DNA of 64,000 nt from the human T2T-CHM13v2.0 reference genome, Homo sapiens, in the NCBI RefSeq assembly GCF_009914755.1, contig NC_060938.1; one strand, written 5' to 3'. A program made the position numbers and the translations under genes. The notes beneath the pieces were generated by a model. That model made no database searches. It was not told the origin of the DNA and saw nothing but the letters and a program-made list of their open reading frames with translations. Positions 14,342 through 38,279 of this stretch are shown here, in pieces. How positions within the stretch are numbered: the first letter of the stretch is position 1; each line of letters starts with the position of its first letter.

Positions 14342-15211
14342 CTTCATTCTCTTTATGTGATGTATCACATTGATTGATTTGCATGTTGAACTATCCTTGC
14401 ATCCCTGGGATAAATCCCACTTGGTCATTATTAATTATCTATTTATGTATTGTTTAATTCACTTTGCTAGGTGTTTTGCAAATTTTTGCACCAATATTCT
14501 CAGATATGGGCCTGTAGTTTGCTTTTTTTAATATGTCTTTGTCTGGTTTTGATATCAGGGTAATACTAGCCTCAAAGAATGAGTTTGGAAATGTTCTTTC
14601 CTTCTCTAGTTTTCAGTCTGGTCTAAACAGACTTTTTTATTAAGGCTTTAATTTTGTTAATTGTTATTTGTCTGTTCAGGTTTTAGATTTATTCCTAGTT
14701 CAATCTTGGTAAGTTGTGTGTGTCTAAGAATTTCGTCTAGGTTTTCTAATTTGTTGGCATAAAATTGCAGATAGTATTCACTAATGATCCTTTGCTTTTC
14801 TGAAGCGTTACTTGTAATGTCTCCTTTTTCACCTCTGATTTTACTAATTTGTATCTTTTCTGTTTTTCAGTTACCCTGTTTAAATATTTGTCAATAGTTT
14901 TACTTTTCAAAAAATCAACTTTGTCTTTCATTAATTCTTTACATTATTTTCATTATTTTAACTTTATCTACTTATGCTCTAATCTTTATTATTTATTTTC
15001 TTCTAATTTTGGGTTAGGTTTGGTCTTTTCATTCTAGTTAATTAAGATGTATTGTTCAAAGAAATTCAGGAAGAGGAGCCAAGATGGCTGAATAGGAAGA
15101 GCTCCAGTCTACAGCTCCCAGCGTGAGCGATGCAGAAGATGGGTGATTTCTGCATTTCCATCTGAGGTACCGGGTTCATCGCACTAGGGAGTGCCAGACA
15201 GTGGGCACAGG

Positions 15212-15520
15212 TCAGTGGGTGCACACACCGTGTGCGAGCCAAAGCAGGGTGAGGCATTGCCTCACTCGGGAAGTGCAAGGGGTCAGGGAGTTCCCTTTCC
15301 TAGTCAAAGAAATGGGTGAAAGAAGGCACCGGGAAAATCGGGTCACTCCCACCCAAATACTGCACTTTTCCGACGGGCTTAAAAAACGGTGCACCGGGAG
15401 ATTATATCCTACACATGGCTCACAGGGTCTTACATCCATGGAGTCTCCATGATTGCTAGCACAGCAGTCTGAGATCAAACTGCAAGGTGGCAGTGAGGCT
15501 GGGGGAGGGGTGCCCACCAT
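15212..15520 (-). CDS. L1 ORF0-homologous antisense ORF (open, 102 aa)
   Basis: MVGTPPPASLPPCSLISDCCASN... matches the recalled ORF0 N-terminus. No stop until 15212. Expression unknown. Confidence 0.45.
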   Translation of the reverse strand: MVGTPPPASLPPCSLISDCCASNHGDSMDVRPCEPCVGYNLPVHRFLSPSEKCSIWVGVTRFSRCLLSPISLTRKGNSLTPCTSRVRQCLTLLWLAHGVCTH

Positions 15521-15975
15521 TGCCCAGGCTTGCTTAGGTAAACAAAGCAGCCGGGAAGCTCGAACTGGGTGGAGCCCACCACAGCTCAAGGAGACCTGCC
15601 TGCCTCTGTAGGCTCCACCTCTGGCGACAGGGCACAGACAAACAAAAAGACAGCAGTAACCTCTGCAGACTTAAATGTCCCTGTCTGACAGCTTTGAAGA
15701 GAGCAGTGGTTCTCCCAGCACACAGCTAGAGATCTGAGAACGGGCAGACTGCCTCCTCAAGTGGGTCCCTGACCCCTGACCCCCGAGCAGCCTAACTGGG
15801 AGGCATCCCTCAGCAGGAGCAGACTGACACTTCACAGGGCCAGGTACTCCAACAGACCTGCAGCTGAGGGTCCTGTCTGTTAGAAGGAAAACTAACAAAC
15901 AGAAAGGACATCCACACCAAAAACCCATCCGTACATCACCATCATCAAAGACCAAAAGTAAATAAAACCACAAAG

Positions 15976-16992
15976 ATGGGGAAAAAACAGAGCAGAAAAA
16001 CCGGAAACTCTAAAAAGCAGAGTGCCTCTCCTCCTCCAAAGGAACACAGTTCATCACCAGCAACGGGACAAAGCTGTACAGAGAATGACTTTGATGAGCT
16101 GAGAGAAAAAGGCTTCAGATGATCAAATTACTCTGAGCTACGGGAGGACATTCAAACCAAAGGCAAAGAAGTTGAAAACTTTGAAAAAAATTTAGAAGAA
16201 TGTATAACTAGAATAACCAATAAAGAGAAGTGCTTAAAGGAGCTGATGGAGCCAAAAACCAAGGCTTGAGAAATACGTGAAGAATGCAGAAGCCTCAGGA
16301 GATGATGCAATCAGCTGGAAGAAAGTGTATCAGCGATGGAAGATGAAATGAATGAAATGAAGTGAGAAGGGAAGTTTAGAGAAAAAAGAATAAAAAGAAA
16401 TGAGCAACCCCTCCAAGAAATATGGGACTATGTAAAAAGACCAAATCCACGTCTGATTGGTGTACCTGAAAGTGACGGGGAGAATGTAACCAAGTTGGAA
16501 AACACTCTGCAGGATATTATGCAGGAGAACTTCCCCAATCTAGCAAGGCAGGCCAACGTTCAGATTCAGGAAATACAGAGAATGCCACAAAGATACTCCT
16601 CGAGAAGAGCAACTTCAAGACACATAATTGTCAGATTCACCAAAGTTGAAATGAAGGAAAAAATGTTAAGGGCAGCCAGAGAGAAAGGTCGGGTTACCCT
16701 CAAAGGGAAGCCCATCAGACTAACAGCGGATCTCTCGGCAGAAACTCTACAAGCCAGAAGAGAGTGGGGGCCAATATTCAACATTCTTAAAGAAAATAAT
16801 TTTCAACACCGAATTTCATATCCAGCCAAATTAAGCTTAATGAGTGAAGGAGAAATAAAATCCTTTACAGACAAGCAAATGCTGAGAGATTTTGCCACCA
16901 CCAGGCCTGCCCTAAAAGAGCTCCTGAAGGAAGTGCTAAACATGGAAAGGAACAACCGGTACAAGCCACTGCAAAATCATGCCAAAATGTAA
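15976..16992 (+). pseudogene. L1 ORF1p, disrupted
   Basis: ATG GGG AAA AAA CAG start with premature stops. The C-terminal 165 aa are open (ENFPNLARQ...YPAKLS). Confidence 0.9.
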
Positions 16993-17055
16993 AGACCATC
17001 GAGACTAGGAAGAAACTGCATCAACTAACGAGCAAAATAACCAGCAAACATCATA

Positions 17056-20871
<3,816 letters not shown>

Positions 20872-21129
20872 ACAATGAGAACACATGGACACCGGAAGGG
20901 GAACATCACACTCTGGGGACTGTTGTGGGGTGGGGGGAGGGGGGAGGGATAGCATTGGGAGATATACCTAATGCTACATGACAAGTTAGTGGGTGCAGCG
21001 CACCAGCATGGCACATGTATCCATATGTAACTAACCTGCACATTGTGCACATGTACCCTAAAACTTAAAGTATAATAATAATAATAAATAAATAAATAAA
21101 AAATAAATAAATAAATAAAAGAAATTCAG

Positions 21130-21524
21130 CACCTGTGGAAAACTCTGCCAAGAGGAGATTACCTCCTGTGTGGTTAGTCAGATTCAGGTTCTTCAAACTT
21201 TCCATGGGAACAAAGGCTGTCTACATATTTCCTTTCAAGTGAGGACAATGGTGAGGCTCTGCAAACCATTTTGAATCCTTGGGTTATCTTGGGAGGAAGT
21301 TATTGAAAAAAAATAGCCTGTAGGAAAATGTTTGATTCCATTTTATTCAGGCTCGGAATGAATTTCTTATGGCATTTCAGGGCAGTGGAGAAGCCATGGG
21401 GACTGGAGAACAGTGGGTGGGCCCCGTGCCAATCATAGTGTAGGGCTGTTTTCTGGCTATTGCCATGTAACAAACTGTCTCAAAACTTTGTGACATAAAG
21501 CACTGATTTTATTATGAAAAAAAA
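21130..21524 (+). other. Probable L1 3'-transduced flank with a second A-tract
   Basis: About 390 bp of non-L1 sequence ending in cataaa (21494-21499) and A8. It is followed by aagatgtattgtt, identical to 15044-15056. Confidence 0.7.
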
Positions 21525-22710
21525 GATGTATTGTTAGGTTATTTATTTGAAACTTTTCTGTTTTTATGTAGGCACTTACAGACATAAATTTTCCTTGTAT
21601 AATAGTACCTCCTTTACTATATTCCATAGGTTTTTCTATGCTATGTTTCCTTTATCATTTGTTTCAAGAAATTTTTCTATTTACTTCTTAACTTTTTTAT
21701 CGACCTACTAATCATTCAGGAGCATATTGTTTAATGTCCATGTGTTTGTATAGTTTCTTAAATTCCTTTTTAATTGATTTCTAGTTTTATCCCCTGTAGT
21801 CAGAGAAAATGCTTGATATTACTTCAATTTTTTGGAATGTTTTTAGACTTGTTACTTAACGTATGGTCTATCCTTGAAAATAACCCATGTGCTGAGGAGA
21901 AGAATGTGTATTCTGCAGCTGTTGGATGAAATTTTCTGTAAATATCTATTAGTTTCATTTGTTCTATAGTACAGATTAGGTCTGATGTTTCTTTATTTAT
22001 TTTCTGTCTGGAAGATCTATCCAATGACTAAAGTGGGGTGTTGAAGTGTCCAGCCATTATTGTATTGAGGTCTCTTTCTTTAGCTCTTATAATATTTGCT
22101 TCATTTATCTAGGTGCTTTAGTGTTGGGTGCATATATATTTTCAATTATTATATCCTCTTGATGAATTGATCTCTTTATTATCATATAATGACCTTTTAA
22201 TTTCTTCCTATAGTCTTTTGTTGAAATCTATTTTTGTCTGGTATAAGTATGGCTATTTCTACTTTTTTTATTCTCTATTGGCATGGAATAACTTTTTCCA
22301 TCCTTTTATTTTCAGTCTAAATGTATCTTTATAGGTAAAGTGTGTTTTTTTGTAGGTCACAGATTATTGTTCTGCTTCTCTATCCACTCATCCACTATTT
22401 TTCTTTTGACTGGAGTATTTAGTTCATTTAAATTCAATGTTATCAGTCATAAGCACTTACTTCTGCTATTTTTTGTTTTCTGATTGATTTTTTTCCTCTC
22501 TTCCTTCTTTCCTTTCTTTCTGTCTTCCTTTTAGTGAAGGTGATTTCTCTTGAATTATAATCTAATTTCTTGCTTTTTACTTTTTGTATATCTGTGGTAC
22601 ACTTTTTGATTTGAAATTACCATGAGGCTTGAAAATAATATAATACATGATTTTAGACTGGACAATTTAACACTGATTGCATAAACAAAGAAACAAGCAA
22701 AACAGAGATT

Positions 22711-27336
<4,626 letters not shown>

Positions 27337-30169
27337 TTTACTCTTTGTATTTGAGATTTTTGCACCCCATAATTGCCATATTATAATATTCTGTGTTTTT
27401 CCTTGTGCTATTGCTAGTGAGTCCTGTACCTTCAGATGATTTCTTCTTGCTCACTTTTTTTCTTTTAGGTTAAGATATCCCTTTAGCATTTCTTGTAGGA
27501 CAGGTCTGGTGTTAATGAAATCCCTCAGTTTTTCTTTGTCGGAAAAAGTTCTTATTTTTCTGTCAAGTTTAAGAGACTTTTTTGCCAGATACATTATTCT
27601 AAAGTAAAAGTCTTTTTTTTTTCTTCAGCTTTTTAAATATGTCATGCCAGTCTCCCAGCCTGTAAATTTTTCCCTGAAAATTCTGCTGTCAGATGTATTG
27701 GAGTTCCACTGAATGTTATTTGTTTCTCTTCTCTCGATGCTTTTAGAATCATTTCTTTATCCTTAACCTTTGGGAGTTCAGTTAGGTGCCTTGAGGTGGT
27801 CTTCTTTGGGTTAAATCTGCTTTCTGTTCTGTAACTTTTTGTTACTCGAATGTTGATATCAAATTTGAGGAATTGTTCAATATTATTTAATATTATTTAT
27901 TTAAATAAATATTCAACTCATCTCTTTTTCTACCTCCTATTTAAGGCCAATAACTCTTAGATTTGCTATGTTGAGGCTATTTTTTAAATTCTATAGGCAT
28001 TCTTTATTTTTTATTCTTTTTTGTCTCCTCTGACTTTGTATTTTTAAATAGTCTGAATTCAAGTTCACTAAATCTGTCTTCTCCTTGGTCAATTCTTTTA
28101 AGTAATTCTGATCCATTCTTCAGTATGACAATAGCATTTTAACTTCAGAATTTCTGCTTTATTCTTTTTATTTCAATCTCATTGTTAAAATTTATCTGAT
28201 ATAATTTTGAATTCCTTCTCTGTGTTATATTGTACATTTCTTTGAATTACCTCAACCTGCTATTTTGGATTTCCTGTATGAAAAGTCACATATCTCTGTT
28301 TTTCCAGGATTTTTCCCTGGCAGTTTATTTAGCTTGTTTGGTGAGGTCATGTTTTCCTGGATGGCCTTGATACATGTAGATGTTCATCTGTATCTGGGCA
28401 TTGAAGAGTTCAGTCTTTATTGTAGTCTTCACAGTCTGGGCTTGTTAGTGCCCATTAACTTTGGGAACACTTTCCAGGTATTCAAAGAAACTTGGGTCCC
28501 AAACCCAATAGCACTGTAGTTTATGCAAACACGTAGAGGTACTGCCTTGGTGGCCTTGGATTAATATCAAGAAAAATTCTCTTGATTTATCAAGTAGAGA
28601 CTCATGTTCTCTTTCCTTACTTTATCTCAAATCAGCAGTCTCTCTTTCTGTGCTGAGACATGTGGAGCTGGGGTTTGGGTAACATAAGCACTCCTGTGGC
28701 CACCACCACTGAGACTGTGCTGGTTCACACCTGAAGTAGGCACAGAACTTGGTCTCACGCAAGGCCCACTGCAACCACTACTTGGCTACCATATAAGTTT
28801 ATTCAAAGCCCTAGGACTCTGTGATTAATAGATGGCAAAGTCAGCCAGGATTGTGTCTCTGCCTATAGGGTGGCAAGTTCCCCTAGCCATGAGTGGGTCC
28901 ACAGATGCTACCTGGGAGCCACAGATTAAAGCATAGGATCTTCAAAATTTACATGCTCTTCTATTTTATTGTAGCTAACCTTGCACTTAGGGAATAAGAC
29001 AAAGTATTTTCTACTCTTCCTTCCCCTGTCTTCAGGCAGAAGAGCCTCTTCTATGACTGCCAACACTACTGGCCCATGGGGGGTTTCCACCAAATCATCA
29101 TCACTTTCTCACTTAAAGCCCAAGGACTCTTTAATTATCTTGAGATAAATTCTGCAATGCCTGGGACTCGACCTTTGGCCCAGGGCAAGTGCAGAAATGC
29201 TGACCAAGAAGACCCTAGGCCTGGACTCAGGGACTCTAAGAATCCGCTTGGTTCTCTACCCCACTGCGGTTGAGCTGGCATATCATGTGCAACGCAGAGG
29301 TCCCTTTACTTTCCCCCCTGCTTTTCTCAAACAGAAGTCTTTCACCACAGCTACCACAGCTGGAAATGTACTGGGTCACCCCTGAAGTTAGCGCTTCTCA
29401 GAGCCCAATGCCCATGGTGTATTACCTGGTTGTCACTGTTTTTTATTCTGGTTCCTCTAATCACTGTGCGCTCCCTCTCCCAAATTCACAGGTTTCTCTG
29501 TGTTGTGTGGCTGCTGCTAGGTGGGAGTGGGTTAGTGGTGTTGTGAGCACTCCCTTAGCTTCTCTGGTTGCTGTCTCAGTAGACCTCATTCTCCCCACCC
29601 TCCACATTCAACTGGCTCTGAGCCCAGCTCGGAATATGACTTGCCTAATAATTGAAGTCCTTGTGGCCTAGACTGCCCCTTAAGTTCTCTTAGAGTCCAA
29701 TAGCACGTCAACACATCACGGCAAGGCTTGTAAAAACTGAAGCTCCCAATACTGGGATGGGAGGTATTCCTCTTTGTAAGGCCAATACAAGTGCTCCCCC
29801 CATTGGGAGATGTCAGCTGAGTACAGTCTGGTTCTGCTTTTCACTGTGACAGGGTAGTACTGAGTTTATTGCAAAGCCTCACAAACTATGCTCTCCCTCT
29901 CACAAACATACTATCTCTGCACGATGTAACCACTACTGGTGGTTGAAAAAGAGGTGGCATCCTTGCTTCTAGACCGTCTTTTATTTGTTTATCTTCTCCA
30001 ATGTCTGTTTCAATGATATGAAGTTAATACCAGGCACTGTGATAGCTCACCCAATTTTTAGTCCCTTTGACAGTGCTTCTTGAATGTAGTGAATTGTGAA
30101 AATTTGGTGTTTTTGTGTGGTGGATGAGAATGTAGGCTTCTCTTCTGCCCTCTTATTCTGTCTCTGCCT

Positions 30170-31353
<1,184 letters not shown>

Positions 31354-32034
31354 TTATTCTATCGCAATAAGCTGCCTTTCCTTTGCAAATACAAAATAAA
31401 CCATTTGAAAAATCACCTTAATTGTAGTGATTGACTGTATGTTTCCCCTTCTCTATCTCCTTTCCTCTTTTGTGATTTTTTTTTTCTGATCACTATTAAT
31501 CCACTCAGCAGAATAATCTCCTTTCTTGATCTGCGTGAATTGTGGTGATGAGCTAGTCATCTCTCTTAAAATCACTAACCAAAAAGTTTTAAATTTCCCA
31601 GTTAGTAATACGTTTTTAGCATGCCACAAGACACTCTTAGAACAAGGACTTCTGGTCCAGGCATTATGGATTATGATGATTAGTTCTATGGATTTCTATA
31701 AGCTTTGAAATTAAGAGGTAAAAATCTAAAATAAATTGGACTTCATACTATTTATACATTTATTGGGTTTGTTAATTATTCCATAGGAAAACAGATGAAA
31801 GACTTTTGTAGAATTCAATTCTGCTTCACCATATTTAGGGTTACAAGAGGGAATTATATTGATGTAATTGACAGACTGAATTAACCTCAGTCATCACATG
31901 TGATTTTTCTAGAGTTTTTTTAATGGTGTTGACATTCTCTTCAATATGTCCATGCTTAGCTTGGGTTTCTGGGGGAGAGATGAGTAGCTAGTACTACCCA
32001 TCTAAAACATAATGTTCATTAGTTGGAATAATGG

Positions 32035-32586
32035 TGTAATATGATAGTCTTCAAGATGATGCCCTCAATTTCTTTCCTCCCTGCATGAACATGCTGCTCT
32101 TTACATGGAGAGTTAGAGTCGAATCTCCCATTTCTTGAATCTGTGCTGATCACAATGACTTGCTTTACCAACAGGATGGAGCAGAAGTTGTATTCTAGGA
32201 CCTCCAAGGCTAGGTCCTAAGAAGCTTTGTAGTATTTGCCTGTGTCTCTTGGGACCAACTACCACGTTGTGAGCACTCCAGATAACATGGAGAGGCCAGA
32301 TACGCATCACACTCAGCAGCCAACATGCACTGCCAGCCATGTGAGTGACCCATCTAGGCTCTTTAGCCTAGTTGAGTTTTCAGGTGACTTCAGCAGCAGC
32401 CAACCAACCACAACTGCAAGAAAGACTCCAAAAGAGAACTTTTGTAGTGCCCGTCAACCCACAAAACCATGAGAAATAACATTATTTAAAATCACTAAAC
32501 AAATAATAACAATAAACAATATTAAACAATAAATAATTCCTTAAGTTTTGGAATGGCTTACTATTCAGCAAGAGATAGCTAGAACA
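32035..32586 (+). mobile_element. MLT1-type MaLR LTR
   Basis: Typical MLT1 blocks (tgacttgctttaccaacagg, taagttttggaatggcttactattcagcaa...gaaca). Confidence 0.6.
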
Positions 32587-33156
32587 AGTACTAAATATTG
32601 CACAATACTGATAAGTGTAAGTTTAGTTGTATAATATACTTTTGCATTTTAAAGCCATTGACATTTCTGGAAAGAGTGCAAAAGTGAGCACTGATTAAAT
32701 GGTTCCCAAGAGAAGTTGTCTGTTGTATCTCAACATCATCATTTACCAATGGGAGCTGTATTTTGTTTTTGGAAAATATATATTTTAATGTTCATTTAAA
32801 AATATATACTAACAATTTTTTTGAAAGACATATGTTATTTTGAATAAAATTTGAGCAATCCAGAAAAGTGTAAACTTTAAGGCTCTAATCATATTTATAT
32901 GCTATTTAACCCATAAATCCAAAGTCTGATGACAAACATGTTTATCTAATACTGATATTTGGATAAATAAGTTAAACTAACAGTTTTCTTTTTAAATGAT
33001 AGGGCTTATAATTGGTATGATGTTGAGATGGCTGCAGTGGATGGGCTCATCACCATAAAAATATTTTCTCTTTAATACTTTTTTAGAACATTAAGTGAAA
33101 ACCCAAGAGTCTAAAACTGCATTACACAGCAGTAATAAAATCAGAGTGACACTTAC

Positions 33157-33293
33157 TTTGCAGCAGCAGGACTGGAATTCTTGCTGTTGGGGTTGGTGGA
33201 AGCAAACTCAATTATGGGTGTCTTCTGCTTCATGCTTGGATGGTGTGTTGGATCATTTCTTGTTTAGAACTTTCTCGCACTTCCTGACAAGAG
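33157..33293 (-). pseudogene. Orphan exon-like segment (137 bp), parent gene not identified
   Basis: Minus strand acceptor tttctattttaaacag| and donor AAA|gtaagt. Best frame SCQEVRESSKQEMIQHTIQA*SRRHP*LSLLPPTPTARIPVLLLQ. Confidence 0.4.
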
Positions 33294-34345
33294 CTGTTTA
33301 AAATAGAAACAAACCCCTCTGATTTTGAATTTAGCCTGTTTATTGTTATGATTTGTTCATATGTTTCTACTTTTTAGACCGTGGCTTTCTTGTAGACAGA
33401 AATTGTATCTTATACCTCTTTTTCTTCAGCAGCGGTGTGCCTGGCACCTAGTTGAATTGTCAGGTTCGTTGAATAAGTAAAGTAAAATTATACTAGAAGT
33501 AAACCATTAAATTTATAAATTTTACTCGGAAAATATATAGCTAAGTATGACGTATGAATCAATTCACTCACTGATTCAACAAACTTTTTTAATTGACTAC
33601 AGTATGCTATGAGCTAGGAATATGGCAGTAAACAAATCTCACCTTGTCTCAAACTTCAGTGGATCCAGGAGTCTCTAGAAGTTTAATTCTTGCTCAATCA
33701 GCAATTCCTTTTCACTGAAGACTTGACAAGAAGGCTTGAGAAGGCAACAGAGTGTGAAGTCGGCAGATGTTTGTGATGCACCTACTGTGTGCCAGACCCT
33801 GTAGTGTCACAGGGTCTGCCTGTGTCTCCTAGGAAAGGTAAAAACTAAGGACAATATTTTAAACAACAAATAATGCCAAGTATGCCACATGATGGAGAAG
33901 GAAAGCTCTGGGTCCCAAGAGTATAACAAGCACTGACCCTAGCGTAGGGTCCAGGCGTCTCTGGCATGGTGCCCTCCTAGGTCATGGTTGTCCCTCCTTG
34001 TTGTTCCTGCTGTCTTCTTCAGTTACATCTGCTTCTCTGCATTTCCTCATTTTACAGTGTGTGGGACGCAGTCATCTCTGAACAGGAATAGGCAACTGTG
34101 CACCTGTTACACCGTGCTTGATGCTCTGCATTGATGTACACTGGGCCCAGGTTTCCCTGGTGGACTGCTTGGGCCGTTCTTGTCATCTGGCTCTGAAGTC
34201 TTTGTTCACAGAGGTGCACTTGTCAGATGGGGAAGCCAGAGATCTGGGGTCCTCTGATGAGGCCTCTCTCACCCTGCTTACCTTCCCTGACATACCTAAC
34301 AGATGAAGCTCAGGTGGGCGATGCACCTCAGGCCACAGTGTGGAC

Positions 34346-34875
34346 TGTTGTAACCAAGCGAGTTATAGAGGAACGCCACCTTTTGAGACAAATTAAGGAG
34401 TCCTTTATTAGCCAGCGACCGAGAGGCAGCTAACGCTCAAAATTCTCTGGGCCCCGAGGAAGGGGCTGGTTTTGTTTTTATACCGTGGTCTAAATAGGGG
34501 AGGGGGGAGTTTAGCTGAAGCAATTTTTACAGAAGCAGAGCTGGCAAAAAGTTAAAAAAATTAATCGGTTACAAAAGCAGTTACAAAAAAAAAAAAACAT
34601 TCCAGGTGCAGGGGCTTAAACTATCACAAAGAGAGAAATACAGGGGTTTTGGGTGCCATTCACCGAGTGCGTCCCCAGGAGCTGCTGGTGCAGCTTGCCT
34701 CAATATCTTAATAGTAACCACATTCCTGGATGTGCTTTGAGTCAGTTTACACTAGTTATGCCCTTAAGGAAGGGAGATAAAGGGGGCTGCATGTGAAGAA
34801 ACTAAAATGGGGTCTGTCCGGCTCTCCCTCCACTAGGAGAGAGTCACTCAGGTTAAAACAAGGTAGGGTATCACA
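34346..34875 (-). mobile_element. ERV1 solo LTR (LTR6/HERV-S71-like)
   Basis: tgttgtaacc...gggtatcaca termini with perfect 4-bp TSD ggac. Minus-strand poly(A) signal. Confidence 0.75.
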
Positions 34876-35441
34876 GGACCATGTACAATTCTTCAAGCTC
34901 CAGCTTCAACTCTCTTTCTTATTGCTCTCTTAGGACAGTATATTTAGATAGGAGTAAATGAAAGTAATGTTATTAGGGTATAAGATTAAAATCAATCCCA
35001 TTTCTAAAAAAGGAAGTAGATTATTTATGAGTTGTAATACTTTTTTTTTGTGAAGAATCACCTTAAAACTTGGAACCTGGATACAAGATAATTCCTTCAT
35101 TCTGCAAAAGTTTAGTAGCAAACTATATGCCAGGACTGTGCTAATTACTAGGGATACATGATTGAATATATAGTATAAGATGCCTTGGAGTGTCAGATAG
35201 TTTCATATAAATGGCTCATGCAGTACATAGACAGTGTGGTAAAAAGAGACTACTGAGATGCGCAGAGGACAGACAATAAAGGGTCTTTGAATGGTAGATA
35301 AATGTGTTTGGACTTTTCACTCAGGGCTGTTGAAGTTTTTGAAGGTCAGTGGTCTCAGAGTTTTGGTGTTTTCAAGCCCTGCTAAGTACTTTGTTTCCAG
35401 CTGATTATTGGCCACCATTACTGATCATCAATTGCCTCTGT

Positions 35442-35968
35442 CTGATTCAGCAATCCCACCGCTGAGTATTTTTGCAAAGGAAAAAAAAATCAATGTATCA
35501 GAAATATAACTGTACTTTTATATTTGTTGCAACACTATTCACAGTAGCACAGATATAAAATCAACCTAATGTCCATCAACAAATGATTGGAGAAAGAAAA
35601 TGTAGAAAATATACACAATGAAATACTATTCAGGCATAAAAAACAATAGAATCATAATTTTTGCAGACACATGGATGGAACTGGAGGCCATTGTTGTAAG
35701 TGAAACAAACCAGACACAGAGTAAACATCGTATTTTATCACTCATAAGCGGGTGCTAAAAGATGTGTAGGTATTGATGTAGAGAGTGGAATGATAATGGA
35801 GACTCAGCAGGGTGAGGGGATGGAAGAGGTGAACAGTGAGAAATTACTTAATGGGTACAATGTGCATTATTCCAGTGATGGATACCCTAAAAGCCCTGAC
35901 TTCACCACTATGCCATCCGTGCTTACAGCAAAATTGCACTTGGAACCCATAAATTTATACACAAAAAG
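35442..35968 (+). mobile_element. Old L1 3' end (L1MA-like)
   Basis: cagcaatcccac...atggatggaactggaggccatt... followed by 3' UTR. Confidence 0.8.
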
Positions 35969-38279
35969 TCTTAGACCTCTCTCTCTTCTCTCATAAGCCT
36001 CAGAGCTCAATGATCCCCTTGGATCCCCTCAGCCTGCTGAGTTGTGATTTTCCTACCTAAGGTGATTTTGGGCAGAGACAAGGGAGTGTTTCAGGAAGAT
36101 GTTCTCAGACACATGCTTCTAAAGGAACGTTGGAGACTCTTCTAGTGGCCTTTATCTAGTCACTGCTTTAAGCAAGGAATAAAACATCTGTGGCTAAAAT
36201 TTAAAAACTATGTTTCCCACCCACCCTTTAGACCTGACAGAAGAGATTTTAGGATTTTAAGGGAACAGCTTTTTCCTGACCCAAAAGGGTACAGTAGTGC
36301 AAAGGCCAATGTCACATAGGTACCTTTTCCCCATCTGTAAGATAACTTTCAGGTACTATTCCCACAGCTGGAATCAGTACAATGTTTTGACTGAGTTATT
36401 GGAAAATCCTATGAGCTCATTATCATTTGAACATATGAGTAATGTAAAATTTAGGCAGAATTTTATTTGAAAGGATTATTTATGCAATTTTTAATTAACT
36501 GATTTATATTATGGTTATTTCAAACAGTAAAAATCAGGTTGTTGTGTTGTAAGCTAGAAATATTTACAATAACACATGGTCTTGATTATTTCACATGATG
36601 AATTGAAGATTAAAGCAAAATAATTTATCTTAGGGAATTCTGTGACAGTTTCTGTTTCATTTTGCTTAATAATGACTTCAAACTGTTGTACATATATGGA
36701 GAACTCCTGACTAAAGACAATTTTTTTGACTATCGTGCTATGTTTCTGTAACTTTTTAAGATCTAGAGGAACATACATTTAGTCTCAGTTGGCCAACTAA
36801 ATGTTATGGAGTCAGCTTCTGTGTTACGTACTGAGCATTGAAGGAATGGTGGAGACAAGGCTGCTGCCTTTGCGGAGTCTGCAGGGAAAACTTGATGGAG
36901 TGTGGCAGGGAACATGCTGGGAGCATCCCAGGATGCCAAAAGCACACACAGATGGATCACCTGCCTTAGAACAGGGGAGGGTCAGACAAGGAGAGGTCAG
37001 GAAAAACAAGGAAAGTTTAAAATGCAGGAATAGTAACACACTTGAGAAATCCTTGGGGAATTAAAAGAGAATGGCTGAGCAGCAGCAGATTGTCAAAAAG
37101 GAAATCAAGAAGGAGCAGCCAAAGAGGTTGATGGAGAACCAGGAGAAAGAAAGTGACACTGAAGCCAAGGGAAGGAAAGTGTTTCAACATTTCTGGGAAA
37201 AAATGACATGCTCTGTCTTAACCTTGCTGTTTCATGAGTCATATAGCCATATTCCAGGTTCTGAGAAGTCCAGCACTAAAGATATTTCTTTTAGTTTGCT
37301 TAACCCAGCATTTGCCAGAATAATTTGGCCTCAGTGTGAGTGTGTGTGCCTGTGTGTGCCTGTGTGTTCTACTAATATCTTACTGAGGCTAGTGCTGTAT
37401 ACAACATAATTTTTAAAACGCTGGTTTTATCTATCTTTTTGTTCAGCTGCAGCAACACTTACTAAGGTCAACTTTGATCATGTGTCTTCGTTAGTAAAGG
37501 AAACAAAACAAACTAATGAATAAAGCCCACCTGGCAGTGGCTCATCACTACCTGTACGATGGAGCCCACCTGGCTTGGCCTGGGTGCCCTGTGCTGACCT
37601 GGCCGTGCTGTCTTCTGCCTGCTGCTTTGCCTCCCCTTTCCTCCTGGAGAAGGTAGAGATGCTCTGAGATTTGGCCCGTCTGGAACATTTGTCCTTCCAT
37701 TCTTGTGGCGCATGTTTTCCTGAGTCCACTTTAATCTCATTTAAGGGTATAGAATTTTCCTTAAAGCTTTTGGTCAGGTCTCACTCTCTATGCTGTCTTC
37801 CTGCCACTTCTAAAAGGTACATACTTTACTGATACATTAATTATGCTATACCAGCCCAGGTTTTTACTTCTATATCATTTAATATCATCATCTTTTTTTC
37901 TTACAGCTTAGTTCATTTATTTATTCAGTCTTTCAACAATATAATTGTATGTCATATAATTTCATATTTATTTTCATTGGTGTTTGTATATCTTTTCTGT
38001 AAAAATGGAGGCTCTCTAAATAGATCATTAATGTTGAGAGAACAAGGTTTTAAGTCTTGGTCTCAGCCAAAAGGAGTTCCCTGCATTACCAGTAGGGAAA
38101 GAAACACTTGCATTGTTGCATTAGATATTCTTACAGAGAAAGAGAACCATGTGTAATGGAAAATTGCTAACTTTGTCTCAGGGAGACCAGGTTGATTCAC
38201 TGAGAAAGTTTGAATTGGTTTAGAAAGCATAGTTCTGAGTTTTCTAGAGGGACAAAAGTTAGAGTAGGGCATAAGAAGT

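Noticed and set aside
37071-37409. 112-aa ORF MAEQQQIVKKEIKKEQ...
   Set aside because: Purine-rich sequence that looks like an ancient L2-type relic running into a GT tract, with no recognisable protein.
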